Assembly (NCBI GenBank): GCA_025594325.1
Contig: JANHCV010000004.1
Span: 1,054,001 to 1,118,000, forward strand
From: Blastocladiella emersonii ATCC 22665
Taxonomy: Eukaryota; Fungi; Blastocladiomycota
DNA length: 64,000 nt
Direction: 5' to 3'
In this document: positions 22,731-34,048 of the stretch, piece by piece
Layout: each line of letters starts with the position of its first letter
Position numbering within the stretch: position 1 is the stretch's first letter
The notes under the pieces: model-generated
The model's database searches: none
Told to the model about the DNA's origin: nothing
The model's input: only the letters and a program-made list of their open reading frames with translations
Position numbers and translations under genes: made by a program

Positions 22731-25700
22731 TCACCGCTGCCCGGGCGCCCCGTCCCCCGCATTCTGCTGTCCGCCTCCGTTTGCCGCTGACGGGAGACTG
22801 AGCGGGAGCGCGGGCGGGAGCGCGAACCGGCCCTGGCTGAGAAAGTTCTGCAGCTGGTCGGGCGGCGGCAGCGTGCCTGCGGCGAGCATCTGCTGGAACA
22901 GCTCGGGCGTGAACTGGGCGAGCGCGCCGGCCACGCCGGGCGCAACGGGTGCCGCAGGAACGGAAGCGGGAGCCGACGCCGTGAACCCCATGCTGCCCAT
23001 GCCCATGCCGAACCCCATGCCGCCGTTGTACGCCGCCGTGAACCCGGGCACCACCGCGGGCGCCGCGCCGCCGTACCCGGTGTTCGGGAGCGACAGGCCC
23101 GCGATCATGCCGGGGAACTGCGTGCCGCCGCCGCCGTACCCGCCGGGGACGGGGACGGTGGGCGGTGCGATGGTCGGGGGCGTACCGGCGTGCGCGGCAA
23201 CGCCGAGCGTCGAGGCGAGCTGCGACAGCGTGGCCGAGAGGTCGAGGACGGGCGCGACGACGGCCGGCGCGGGCGCCAGCGAGGACGCGAGGCTGCTCGG
23301 GACCGCGCTCGCGCCGCCGCTCGACCGGTCCCACTCGGCCTCGGACGCGAGCGCCGTGACGACCGGGTTCGGCGGGACCTGCTGCTGCTGGTTGTGCTGC
23401 TGGTGCTGATGGTGCGGGTTCGTCGAGACCGGCGACGGCGCGGGGGCGGGGAACGTGACGCCGGGCGGCGGGTTGCGGAGGGCGACGAGTACAGCGAGGA
23501 GCACGTCGTGCTTTCGGACGGGCGGGAGCGAGTGCGGGACCCACTTGAGGAACTCGGGCGCGGGGTCGCCGGGGCGCAGCGGGAACAGGTACATGTCCTT
23601 GAACAGGGCGCCGGGGAGCGCCGGGCCCTCGGGGGTGACGACGCCGTGGCGGCGCGCGTCGCGATAGAAGGCGAACAGCCGGTCGAGCTCATGCGCGGCG
23701 GCCTTGTGCTCGGCGGGCGCCATGGCGCTCGAGACGCCGGGGCGCACCTCGAACGCGAAGATCTCGCGCGACGTCGACGCGCGCAGACCCGTCAGGTACG
23801 ACTCGGCGGCTGCGGGGCGGATCCGGCCCGACAGCGACAGGTCGCGCGTGAAGTAGGCGCCGCGCCACGGCGTCTTGGTCGTGTCGATGATGCGGCCGGC
23901 GACCTGCACCAGCTTGATGGGCAGGAGAAAGTCGGGCGTCGTCGACTGCAGGAACCGGCCTGTCCACGCGACCGCGTCGGTGACCATGACCGAGGACGCG
24001 CGGCGCGACGGCGGCGACCGGACGTGGGCGTGTTCACGGTCGCGTCCGTGCGCGTGCGTGTGCGGCGGCGACCGGATCTGCGGCGGGGACATGGGGACCT
24101 GCGGCGGCGACATGGTGAGGTCGATCGTGTCCATAAAGTCGGCCATGTTTGACGCCGGCTGGTGGTGCGGGGCGGGCGGGGCCGAGCCGAAGATGGGCGT
24201 GACGCCGACGAGCTTGACCTCGTCATCGTCGTCGTCCTCGTCGAGCATGTCGGCAATGTTGTACTTTTTCGCCTCGCCGCCACCGTCGCGCGCGGGCATC
24301 TGCAGCGGCAGGTCCTCGAACGTGTCGACGCGCATCGGGTCGGCGAGCGCGGCCCCGCGGCCGCCGGCGACCGCGTCCATGTCGTCGGTGAGCAGCGACA
24401 TGTCAGCGCCGTACGCCTCGTTGCCGCGGGTGCGCGTGTGGCCGAGGTCGGCGTCAGCGTCGTCCTCGTCCACGTCAAAACCGCCGCCGACGACCGACGC
24501 GACAATCGACTCGGTGAGCGCCGTGTCGCGGAGCCCGCTGCGGCGGTACGTGGTGGACCCGCGGCGCCCGGTCGACGTACCGGCGGCTGCGTCGTCCGAC
24601 TTTGCCCCGGCGGCGCCGCCGATCAGGTCGTCGAGCGAGACACTGCCCGAGTGCTGCGGGGTGTTGGACCCGCTGCCCTCGTTGCGGCGCTGCATGAGGA
24701 ACTGCGCGAGGTCGTCCTCGACCTGCGGCAGCGACGTGAGGGGCTCGGCGGTGATCTGCTCGGTCACGTCGGTCGCGACCGTGAGGACGGCCTGCGTCGC
24801 CGAGGCGGTCGACAGGGCACCACCCGCCGCGGCAGCAGCAGCAGCGGCGGCAGCCGCAGCCAGATCAAGGCGGCCCGTCGAGCTGCCGGCGGACGCGGGC
24901 GTGCCGGTGCCGCTGCCCGCGGGCGCATCGACGGCGACGGACCCGATACGCGAGGGCCGGCTGCGGAGCGGGGACGTGATCGACCCGACAGAGTCGGTCC
25001 GTCGCGGGGACGTGGACCGCGGTGCGCCGATCGCGCGGGAGAAGGCGTCGTCGTCGGTAGCAGCGGCGCCCGACCGGCGCACCTCGACGTCACCCTTGTG
25101 TGTCTTCTTGATGAGGGTATCGTCGTCGCGGGTCTGGCGGACCGTCTGCTCGAGCGAGAGGGCCTTGACGCGCTCGCGCTCGCGCATGGCGTCGTCCGAG
25201 AACTCGGCGGGGTCGAGCATGACGAGCGCCGCGGGGGTCCAGGCGCGGGCGCGCAGGTGCGTGCGCAGGCGGGCGAGCTTGGCGTTCTTGAGCGACAGCA
25301 GCAGCGTGCGGGCCTGCGACTTGTACCCGGCCTCGCGCGCGGAGCCGAGCAGGCCGTGGACGCGGACGCGGTGCGTGGTCACGGCGGGCGCGGCGCCGCG
25401 CGGCGAGGGGAGCGCGAGGGCGGGCACCTCGACGAGCTCGGCGGGCGGCGCGTACTTGTCGTAGAGGGCCTCCTCGAGCAGTTGCGCCAAGTGCGCGGCG
25501 TCGGCGTCGGTCCACGTCGCGGCGGCGGCGGCGGCGGCGACCTCGGGCGGGGTGGTCGGGGCGGCGGCGTGTGCATCAGATTCATCATGAAGCGGCGGGA
25601 GGGAGGGGGGAGGGGGCGGGGACAACAAAAACGGCTTGAGCGCGGCGGCGAACAGGTCGCGGAACTTGGTGCGCGGCGGTCTCTCCTTGGCCGCCACGGC

Positions 25701-27196
25701 GCGCTCGGCGCCGCGCTGTCTCTCGAGCGCCGACGCCGCGCGGTGGTGGGCCGCCGCTATATTACTACAGTCCCCTGAACAGAACCACGCCGCCGCGTGC
25801 ATCGACGCGAGCGACGACCGCGTGCCCATGCCGGGCCCCGTCGTCGCCGGCCGGTCGCACCCGGGCAGGCTGCACGTTGCGCGCACGCGCTTGTGCGCGG
25901 GCTCGCCGGCCGCGGGCCGCGGCGCGCTGGACGACAGCGACGAGCGCGGCGCGGGCGTGTAGCTGCCGTCATCATCGTCGTCATCATCCTCCTCGGTCTC
26001 GCCGGCCATGGACGACGACACGCCGGGCGCGGGCGACGACCGCGACACGGGCGACGACGAGTACAGGGACCGCTTCGACGGCAGGCTGAGCACCGCCGAC
26101 GCCGGGATGTGGATGCCGAGCGGGATCGTCTGGCGCCGCGGCACGAGCTTCGGGCCCGTCGCCGGGGTCGCGGACGACGCCGACGGCGTGGACGCGGAGG
26201 AAGTGGACGCGCGGCGCGGCGGAACGCCTTTTGTGCGACCGAGAAACGCAGCAAACGGCGTGTTGTTGGATTCGGGGGTCGGGGCCGACGGCGGCGAGTA
26301 GGGCGCAGGTGCAGGGCGGTGCACGCGGACGAGTGATTGGGCCGATGATGGAGTGGTGGAGGGCGGCGACGGCGGGAGCGAGTCGGCGGAGCGCGCGAGC
26401 GAGCACGTCGACGCGGCGGGCGACGATGGCGGCGAGGAAGATCGCACGAGCATGGTTGGCAGGGCGTGGGGTGGCAGGTGAGAGAAATAGACGGATCGGG
26501 GAGCAGTCGGGTTAGCTCTAGCTTCGTGGGCGCCGGTGTGCGCGGGGGAGGAGCAGAAAGCGCGGGGAGAAGGGAGTCGATGCCGCGGGGAAGGGCCGCG
26601 TGGCCACAACACGGAGCCGGAGTGGGAACGCGTCTCCCACCACCGCCGAGTCAGAGGACCCCGCTGCCACCCCGAACCCGGACATGGTCCAGCAACGAGG
26701 TCTCCCTTGACGCAGAAGCAGGCTGAAAAAATAGTGGGGGAAGCGGCGTACCGTTGACGTTGGCGCCGAGCGCGGCCGACGACCCCGAGCAGTTGATGCA
26801 GAACCAGTGCTCGTTCTGGTGCGTCTCAATGTAGTCGACCTGGGACGGATCGAGACCCATGCAATCGGCGTGGAACCTACGCGGGTCGGTGAGCGAGACG
26901 AGGGCGGCGGGAGGAAGTCAGCACGCTTCGTTCAAGCACTGCGTGACACGCAGTGTAACGCACCAATCTTGACATTTATCGCACATGACCATGGACCGCC
27001 CGTCCTCCTTCTGACGGCAGACGCAGTACAGCGTGTCGCCGTCGTCCTCTCCGTGGTCGTTGGCCGGCGACGATGCCGCGGACTCGCGAAGCTCCGACAA
27101 CGTGTCCTGGGTCACCGTCGACAGCGACGATCCCGGGCGCGAGAGATCGGCCGCCGGGACGAGGTCGGGAACGGCAGATTGCAAGTCGGCCGCCAT
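22731..27196 (-). CDS. BYE1/PHF3/DIDO1-like protein: PHD finger, CxxPGC..CSxDC motif, TFIIS-central domain, SPOC domain
   Basis: PHD: LYCVCRQKEDGRSMVMCDKCQDW|FHADCMG...WFCINC. TFIIS-M: YKSQARTLLLSLKNAK...LVMLDPAEF. SPOC: WTGRF...LSGRI...YL...KDMYLFP. The exon joining at about 26.45-26.75 kb is uncertain. Confidence 0.8.
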
Positions 27197-27579
27197 GGTA
27201 GTAGCGTTGCCCTCAGAGCTCAGGTCGTGTGGTGTGGAGAAGTCGGCGGCGTGGGAGGAACAGCAAAGGCGAAAGCGGGGGATAAGCTGAAGAACGTGGT
27301 GTCGATCCGTTGCACAAAGTAGGACTACTCTCGCTGGTGCGATGGTCGCTGCGTGGGGAGGTGAAGGCGGCGGATGGGAGCGGCGCGGGCTGATGCGACG
27401 CTGGCGGATGCCGGTCGCCGCCGACCCCGACGGGAGTGACAGCCCCAGCTCCGCATCACATGTTTTCGGAACGCGTCTCGCGCTTTCCGCGCCTGGGCCA
27501 GCCGCTTCGCGCCTTGTTCTCGAGACGTAAGCTGCGGGAATCATATGTGCTCTCACACCGTGCATTTTTAACACAATGC

Positions 27580-27870
27580 TTACGGGATTGAGGTGGTGAA
27601 CGACGGGTACACGCTGGCGAGCGAGCCCGCGATGGCGGCGGTCGGGTCGGTGCGCGGGGTGCCGCACGGGACGACCTCGTCGAGGAGTGTGGCGAGGGCG
27701 GGCGCTCGCAGGACGGTGGTGCCGCGCGGGATGTCCTCGGTGGCGACGACGCCGAACCCCGCTCGCTCAGTCGCGCGGATGGCGATCGGGCCCGTCGACA
27801 GGGAGCGCCGTAGCTCTGGCAGGTGTCCGGTACGAGCAAGACGATGCATCAAGTTCATGTGCGAATACAT
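27580..27870 (-). pseudogene. Isolated SET-domain N-lobe fragment (SMYD-type)
   Basis: RAGFGVVATEDIPRGTTVLRAPA matches the SET N-terminal GxGxxAxxDIxxGxxV motif. No MYND finger or catalytic NHSC motif follows. Its ATG abuts the cyclophilin stop codon. Confidence 0.5.
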
Positions 27871-28663
27871 TTACGACGACAGGAGACCGCAGTCGCTGAC
27901 CCAGACGGGCTCGTTCGGCGTGCCGTTGGCGGACCCGCAGCGGGCGTCGAGCACGGCGAGGACCTCGAGCCCCTCGACGACCTGGCCGATCACAACGTGC
28001 TTGCCCTCGAGCTTGGCGTACTTTGCCGCGTCGTCGGACAGCACGAAGAAGAACTGCGACGTGTTTGAGTTCTTGCCCGAGTTGGCGTACGCGACGGTCC
28101 CGCGCGTCCAGCCCTTGCGCAGGCCGCCCTTTTCGTCGTTGAACTTGCCTGCTCGCACAAAGTGGGTCGTCAGTGACATGGCCACACGGCGAGCACCACC
28201 AAGTAGTACCGTTGTAGATGGAGTCGCCACCAGACCCATCGTGGCGGGTCACATCGCCGCCCTGCGCGACGAACCCGCGCTCGACGCGGTGCAGCGGGAC
28301 CCCACGGTAGTGCAGCGCAGCCGTCTTGACGGCCTTGGACATGCCCTTGCTGCCCGTGCACAGCGCGACAAAGTTGGCGTGCGCCTTGGGTGCCGCGGTG
28401 GCGTCGGCGAGCTCGATCACGACGCGGCCGAGCGCGAGCGGCGTCGGCGGGTCGAGGCGCGCGGGCTCCGACTCTTCCCACACGGAAGCGAGCAGCTCGC
28501 GCTGGTCCTCGGACAGCGACTCGGGCGCGGCCGTCGGCGGCAGGCCGTACATGCTGCCCTTGGCGCGCAGGAACGCGATGGTGCGCGCGTAGGCGGCCGT
28601 CTCGGCGGCGTGCACGTCAGTGCTGCCCGCCGAGATCTCCATGAAGACGCGAGTTGCTGACAT
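27871..28663 (-). CDS. Cyclophilin-type peptidyl-prolyl isomerase with an insertion of about 60 aa, 1 intron
   Basis: RVFMEIS...LGRVVIEL...PKAHANFVALCTG..LHYRG..HRVERGFVAQGGD...GSGGDSIYN|GKFNDE...AYANSGKNSNTSQFF..KHVVIGQVVEG. Confidence 0.92.
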
Positions 28664-29801
28664 GGTTATGCTTTCATTCAACAGGGGGAAGGGTTGATGC
28701 GGGAGCGTGGACGGGTCGCGAGAGCAGCAGCAGATGTTCAGCAGCAGCTCTCGCGCGGTTAGCGTGGGCGGCTACGACATCCACTTCAACTCCAACATGC
28801 CGAACGTTCATAAGGACTTAGCGGGACAGTAACCTGGGCAGGATCCGATCCTCGCTCGTGCTTGTGAGAGCAGGCGAAGCGCGGCAGGCGTAAAGTAGCA
28901 ACATGCCATCCCGAGGATGGATGAAGGTGTGCGGACAGCAGGTGACGACGGCGGCCACAAGAAGAGACCACCGCGCCTAAAAAGCCCTTTTGGTATAAAA
29001 GACCAGTGTGGATGGTCGCGGCATGAATTGAAGGTGCAGCCGAGCCGTGCGTGCCGGCCACGAGGACCGGCGCGCGTTGCTCGACCGCGGCCGCGGTTCC
29101 GATTGAGTCTCTAGCTTGATTTTGTAAAGAACAAGACCAGGAGTGTGAGGTGGCTGCGGGTTTTAAGCAAGGGAGGTCGCCGCCCGACGACGCCACACGG
29201 CGCGCGTGCGATCGACACGCCCACGTGAGCCGTCGTCAGGGGGAACGCGTCGGTTCACTCGCCTCCTCGCGTCCCCTCTCGTCGAGCTCGAGGATGGACC
29301 ACAATTCACACGAGGACCGGCGCATGCGACTTTGATGGGCATTCTGATCGAGGAGGAAACGCGTGCACGCCAGACAGTTCGTACAAGAGGTGGCCGCCAT
29401 ACAAAAGTTGCTGATCCGTGTCTCGATCGTCGAACAACAGGTAATGGTTTTTGGGCCACAGTGGCCCGTGAGGAAGGGTCACAATATTGTCTTGATGTAT
29501 ATCAAATCCTTCGACAGCAGCATCGACCATGTTCGGGCAGGACGGTGGCAGAGGCTCAGGTGGCGGAGTATCGTCGCGCTGCGATTGTACAGCCTCGAAT
29601 TTTATTGAGCGACGAACTAAAGAAGGTTCCGTCGGCTTTCGGCTTTGGAAGGCACAGGGATAGGCTGGACTGTTTTGTCAAGAACGGCGGACGCGATGCG
29701 CCACTCGCGTGATGCATCACGGCCGACGAACGCGCCCCCCTCCGAAGCATCGACTCACGTTCCTGCGCTCCCAGCGACGTCCCCACGCACACGTTAAACC
29801 A

Positions 29802-31469
29802 ATGAATCAGTCCATGCAACACTTGCTGCCGTCACTTGGGACCATGCCGGTGACCGTGGTCGACGCGCTTCGGCCGTTTCTCGGCGCGACTGAGACTGCG
29901 CGACTTCGCGCGACATGCCGCGCATTCGCCAATCTCTCCATGGCTCCGCTTGCTGCCGAGCACTTTCAGTGGTTCCTCGACCGCAAAAAGCATCGGTGGG
30001 CCACGGACCCAGCCACTGGTGGTCCGCTTCTTGACGCGCGAGGCGAGCGCGTGTCCGTCCTCAATCAGCTGCTCGATTCGCCCCTCGTCGACCCTCTCGC
30101 GCGGGACGGACTCGCACTTCAGCTTGCTGCCGCCCACGGCGACGTTACCGTTGTTCGTCGCTTCCTTGTGTCCCCCGCTACGCGGTTCTTTCGACCGCCT
30201 AAATCTCCTGGTCACTATGAGCGTGTCTTCAAACTGGTTTCGAAGCGTCACATGTTGGCTCTCACTGCTGCGGTTTCTGCCGTGGCTGAACTTGACCCGA
30301 CCAGCGAGGACTTTCGCGGTACGCACCAAGTCCTGCGCGTGTTGATTGCACACGGGTTCGCCGAATGGGGCGAGCTTGCGACCACACACTACGACCTCTT
30401 TCGCGCCGCCATCGGCAACCAAGACCAAGCACTTGAGCCGCTTCCACGCGTCGACCTCACTCGAACCGAGTTCTCGAACGTATCAATCTTCGCCGTTCTT
30501 CCTTCGCAGAAATGGGCCTACGAAGTCGAACAATCTCAGGTTGTTTCCGATCTCTGTGTCGCAGCGATCGTTGGCGACATCGAGCGCTTGGAAGCCGCGT
30601 TTCCTCGCATGTGCGTGACTGATACGCCCAACGGGCTTCCAGAGTGGCATTCTGCGGGCTTCACAGTTGTATACCTTGATATCTGCGGTGACCGTGAACC
30701 CATCCTTTCGCTGCTGGCTCGGCTTGGACACCACTTTGTTGTCCAACTCGCCGGCTTGAATCTTCCCGAGGCACGGACGTATTCATGCAGCCAATCGTCT
30801 GCCCTAGTTGCCCTGGCGATCCGCCACGGTGCCATCAACTGTATCCGTATTCTCTCTGGATTTTTCTCCCGCGGCATGCCGCATCAGGTCATTGCCGAGG
30901 CGATCAACAGGGGCAACCCGCAGATTGTTCGTTGGTTGATGGAGTCGATCCTCGAGCTCGAGCCCAACGACGATTTTGCGACCTCTGGTGATGCGGCGAC
31001 GCAGACGAATGACGTGCGAGCCCCAAACAAGGCAATCGCTTCGCTTCCCGAAGCACTCGCGCACTGCATCCTTCACTCAGAGCAGCTCCCAGTTGACTCG
31101 GTCCGCATCATTGTCGAGCTCACGCCGAGGTCCGTGTTGCTCGCGACCAATGCTTACTACAGCGCGGTCATTGTCGCTGGTTTAGTTGACGCCGAAGCCG
31201 AACCGTTACTTCGGCTGCTCGTCGAGTATGACGGATTTGAAGCCATTTTGCGCGCTTCGACCGAGGACGGCGAGCTCCCTCCAGGCGATCCCGTTCGCTG
31301 GCTCCTGGACGTGACTGGATCGAAAGGCGGTCCCGGACCCTTTGATCAACCCGCCGAGTTTGCAGCGAATCCTGCTGTTCGCCGTTTGCCGACAGAGAGC
31401 AATGCTCCATGCGCCATGATGTATGCCGGCCGAGGTCGCGGCTGGGTGGCCTTCGATTCGGATGCCTAA
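29802..31469 (+). CDS. Orphan intronless protein with F-box-like N-terminus and degenerate ankyrin-like repeats
   Basis: Long ORF. MPVTVVDALRPFL...ARLRATCRAF is F-box-like; LALQLAAAHGDVTVVRRFL and IAEAINRGNPQIVRWLM are ankyrin-like. Confidence 0.65.
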   Translation: MNQSMQHLLPSLGTMPVTVVDALRPFLGATETARLRATCRAFANLSMAPLAAEHFQWFLDRKKHRWATDPATGGPLLDARGERVSVLNQLLDSPLVDPLARDGLALQLAAAHGDVTVVRRFLVSPATRFFRPPKSPGHYERVFKLVSKRHMLALTAAVSAVAELDPTSEDFRGTHQVLRVLIAHGFAEWGELATTHYDLFRAAIGNQDQALEPLPRVDLTRTEFSNVSIFAVLPSQKWAYEVEQSQVVSDLCVAAIVGDIERLEAAFPRMCVTDTPNGLPEWHSAGFTVVYLDICGDREPILSLLARLGHHFVVQLAGLNLPEARTYSCSQSSALVALAIRHGAINCIRILSGFFSRGMPHQVIAEAINRGNPQIVRWLMESILELEPNDDFATSGDAATQTNDVRAPNKAIASLPEALAHCILHSEQLPVDSVRIIVELTPRSVLLATNAYYSAVIVAGLVDAEAEPLLRLLVEYDGFEAILRASTEDGELPPGDPVRWLLDVTGSKGGPGPFDQPAEFAANPAVRRLPTESNAPCAMMYAGRGRGWVAFDSDA

Positions 31470-32247
31470 GGTGTTTGGGACGTTTCTGCAGAGTTCCTTC
31501 TTTATTTCCATGAATCCCTCGTTTAAATCAATTACAAATGTTAACAGCAACTCATCTATCACAGGCGGCGTGGACCGGGGCAGTGGTTGCGGAATGTGGT
31601 CCGCGATGGTCCAGTTGACGACGCGCAGGTTCACTAGTCCATTCTCGTGGCGGCTATTTCAGAAGCTTCGCCACGTCTAATCGGCGGCCATCAAGGATAT
31701 CTGTCAAGCACGATGTGATATGAAGTGTGATCGGGACCCCGCGTCGCCCATTCGTGCGGAGCAACGCGCACGCGCACGCGCAGGAAGCCCAGCCAGTGTT
31801 TCCCCGCAGCTGCAGCCTACTGGCAGTGACGAGGTTAGACACTGTTCACGAATCAGCAGCAGCCATCGCGGCAAGCGCGGCGATTCAGCGCTTGACCGTT
31901 ACCGCGGCAGAGTCAGGCGAGCGGCAAAGGTGGCGTGTCGGCGACGAGCGCGCGCTTGGGCGGTGGTGGTGGACCTCGTTCTGTGCCAAAGTGGGTGCTT
32001 GTCGCCTGTCAAATTGCAGCACCGGCTGCGCTACGGACATTTAAACAGCTACGCCCGACTTGTTTAATCAGGCTTCGGCTAGCACTAGGCCACGCGTTGC
32101 GCCACACTTTGAGACGCGAGACATAGCGCACGTGGCGAGAGATCAGCCGTTACACCACCCATGGTCGTGCGCCTGAACAGGAACTCGCCCGGCGAAGAGC
32201 TTGATCTCCCTGCTCGACTTCCATGAATCATTAAACTACCGCCAACC

Positions 32248-33456
32248 ATGCAACTAGACTCTCTGCAATGCGATCTTATGGACGAGTCTGCTCGGTCTAC
32301 GGGCTGCGAACAAGTCAACACGCTTCCCTTTGAGTTGTTCGAGCGCGCACTGCAACTCGCCAAGCCTCGCGTACAGCTCTTTTGCGCTTCGCGGGAGGCG
32401 TACTCCTTGGCTTCTTCTTCGCGTGCAGTGCGGTCGGTGTGGGGCCGCTCCATGCTGCGCGCACTCTCACCCGCCGTCATTGCTGGTTTCCACGGGCATC
32501 CTCCAAAGTGCCTCCCGAACACGGACCTCGGAGGATATCTGTTCCACGCCGACCAGGTGGATCTTCCGCCACCCAGCTCCTACTTTTTCGCTTCAGCGAT
32601 CGACGCAATGCTGAACTGCCTGCAGACCGAATATCCCGAGTTGCTGAATGACCCAGTGCTTCTCAGCTGCTTTACCTACTTCCCAACTCGAGGCACGATC
32701 GAGTACTACCCCGACCACGAACCCGATCCGCGCGACGAGTTCTATCGGAGGCTGTGGGACGAATATGAGGGTCTGACGCCTGAGATTCCCTCGTGCCTCG
32801 AATGGCCCATCATGTCGCTTCTCCAGCTTCTCGCAAGCGCGGTCACGCGGTGCGATCCTTCAACTTTTCGCTACTTGCTCCAGGTCACCAAGAAGCAGGC
32901 TCCCCAGCTGTTTGACCACGAGGACGACAAGTGGTTCCAGCACGCCCTCTACTGCGTGGAGGAGACTTACTACCCGTACGCCTACCCCATGTCGTTCTTC
33001 AACCACTTGGCGCTCGTCTCGATCATCGAATGTCGGTATGCGTCATACCAAGAGCTCGTCAAACTCGGTCGTCCAATTGATGTGGTCGCGATCGCCGACG
33101 CGATGGTCACGGCCGGCCTCTCGACTCGGTTCACCTGGGCACTCTGTGACGCCGGCATCGCGGACACCGAAAAACCCCTTTCGCTCGACTGGATCCTGCG
33201 GAATGCACCCGAGTACATCGATCAACACTTTCTCTCGGCCTTTTCTGTTTCAAAACTCTTAAGCGACGGCCATTTCGCGTTGACACAGCTCCTCAAACAC
33301 TGCCCTGACAAGGTGCTTGCAGCGGCGGACCCGTCCAAGCGCGCGCAGATCGTGGTCATGTTCCAGGAAGAGTCGGCCGCGCAGTCGTCCATTGAACTCG
33401 CGGACGTGCTCAACAAGCTCAATCTTCACGACGCCGTAAATTCTCAAGCGACCTGA
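32248..33456 (+). CDS. Orphan intronless protein of 402 aa with F-box-like N-terminal segment
   Basis: ATG-initiated ORF with protein-like composition. TLPFELFERALQL...LFCASRE resembles an F-box. Confidence 0.6.
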   Translation: MQLDSLQCDLMDESARSTGCEQVNTLPFELFERALQLAKPRVQLFCASREAYSLASSSRAVRSVWGRSMLRALSPAVIAGFHGHPPKCLPNTDLGGYLFHADQVDLPPPSSYFFASAIDAMLNCLQTEYPELLNDPVLLSCFTYFPTRGTIEYYPDHEPDPRDEFYRRLWDEYEGLTPEIPSCLEWPIMSLLQLLASAVTRCDPSTFRYLLQVTKKQAPQLFDHEDDKWFQHALYCVEETYYPYAYPMSFFNHLALVSIIECRYASYQELVKLGRPIDVVAIADAMVTAGLSTRFTWALCDAGIADTEKPLSLDWILRNAPEYIDQHFLSAFSVSKLLSDGHFALTQLLKHCPDKVLAAADPSKRAQIVVMFQEESAAQSSIELADVLNKLNLHDAVNSQAT

Positions 33457-34048
33457 CAACCTCTGGGACCATCATTCCGATGTGTTGTATCAACATCGCC
33501 ACGGTCGTTGGAGCCAGGTCCGCCCCGGCGCGCGGTAATCCTCGTGTCGCGCATTACTTTGCGTAGGCAACATCGCCTAATATACTCATAGTACATTGCC
33601 TTGTATTTGCTCATCCGAAGTTGAAGAGTCCGACTCGATCGACCACGAGCGAAACTCGCACCCATTCGCCCGCACACAAGCGGTACCGCTGTCTAAGAGC
33701 CAAACCTTCAGATGAAGATAAGCGCGATACATCAAGTCCTGACCGGGCGATGGAGAACTTGGGGGCGAGCAGTGGAAGCGTGAGTGGCTCAGCTCCACCA
33801 TGGCGGAGGTGGCGCAGCCGCTGGCCGGATGAACGTCGCGATACGTTTCACATGGCCCTCGAGGAGAAAGCCTCAACGAGTTGTTCGAACGTTGATGGAA
33901 TCACTCGTCGCATCACTCAAGTTCAGGTTGAAAAACAATTTGGAAGGAACACGCACAGATATCAAATTACATACGAATCAAGCAAACAGAAGAGATTTTG
34001 GGATTTAGATGAGGGGTATCACGAACTGAAAAAGCAAAGGGAAAAGAC

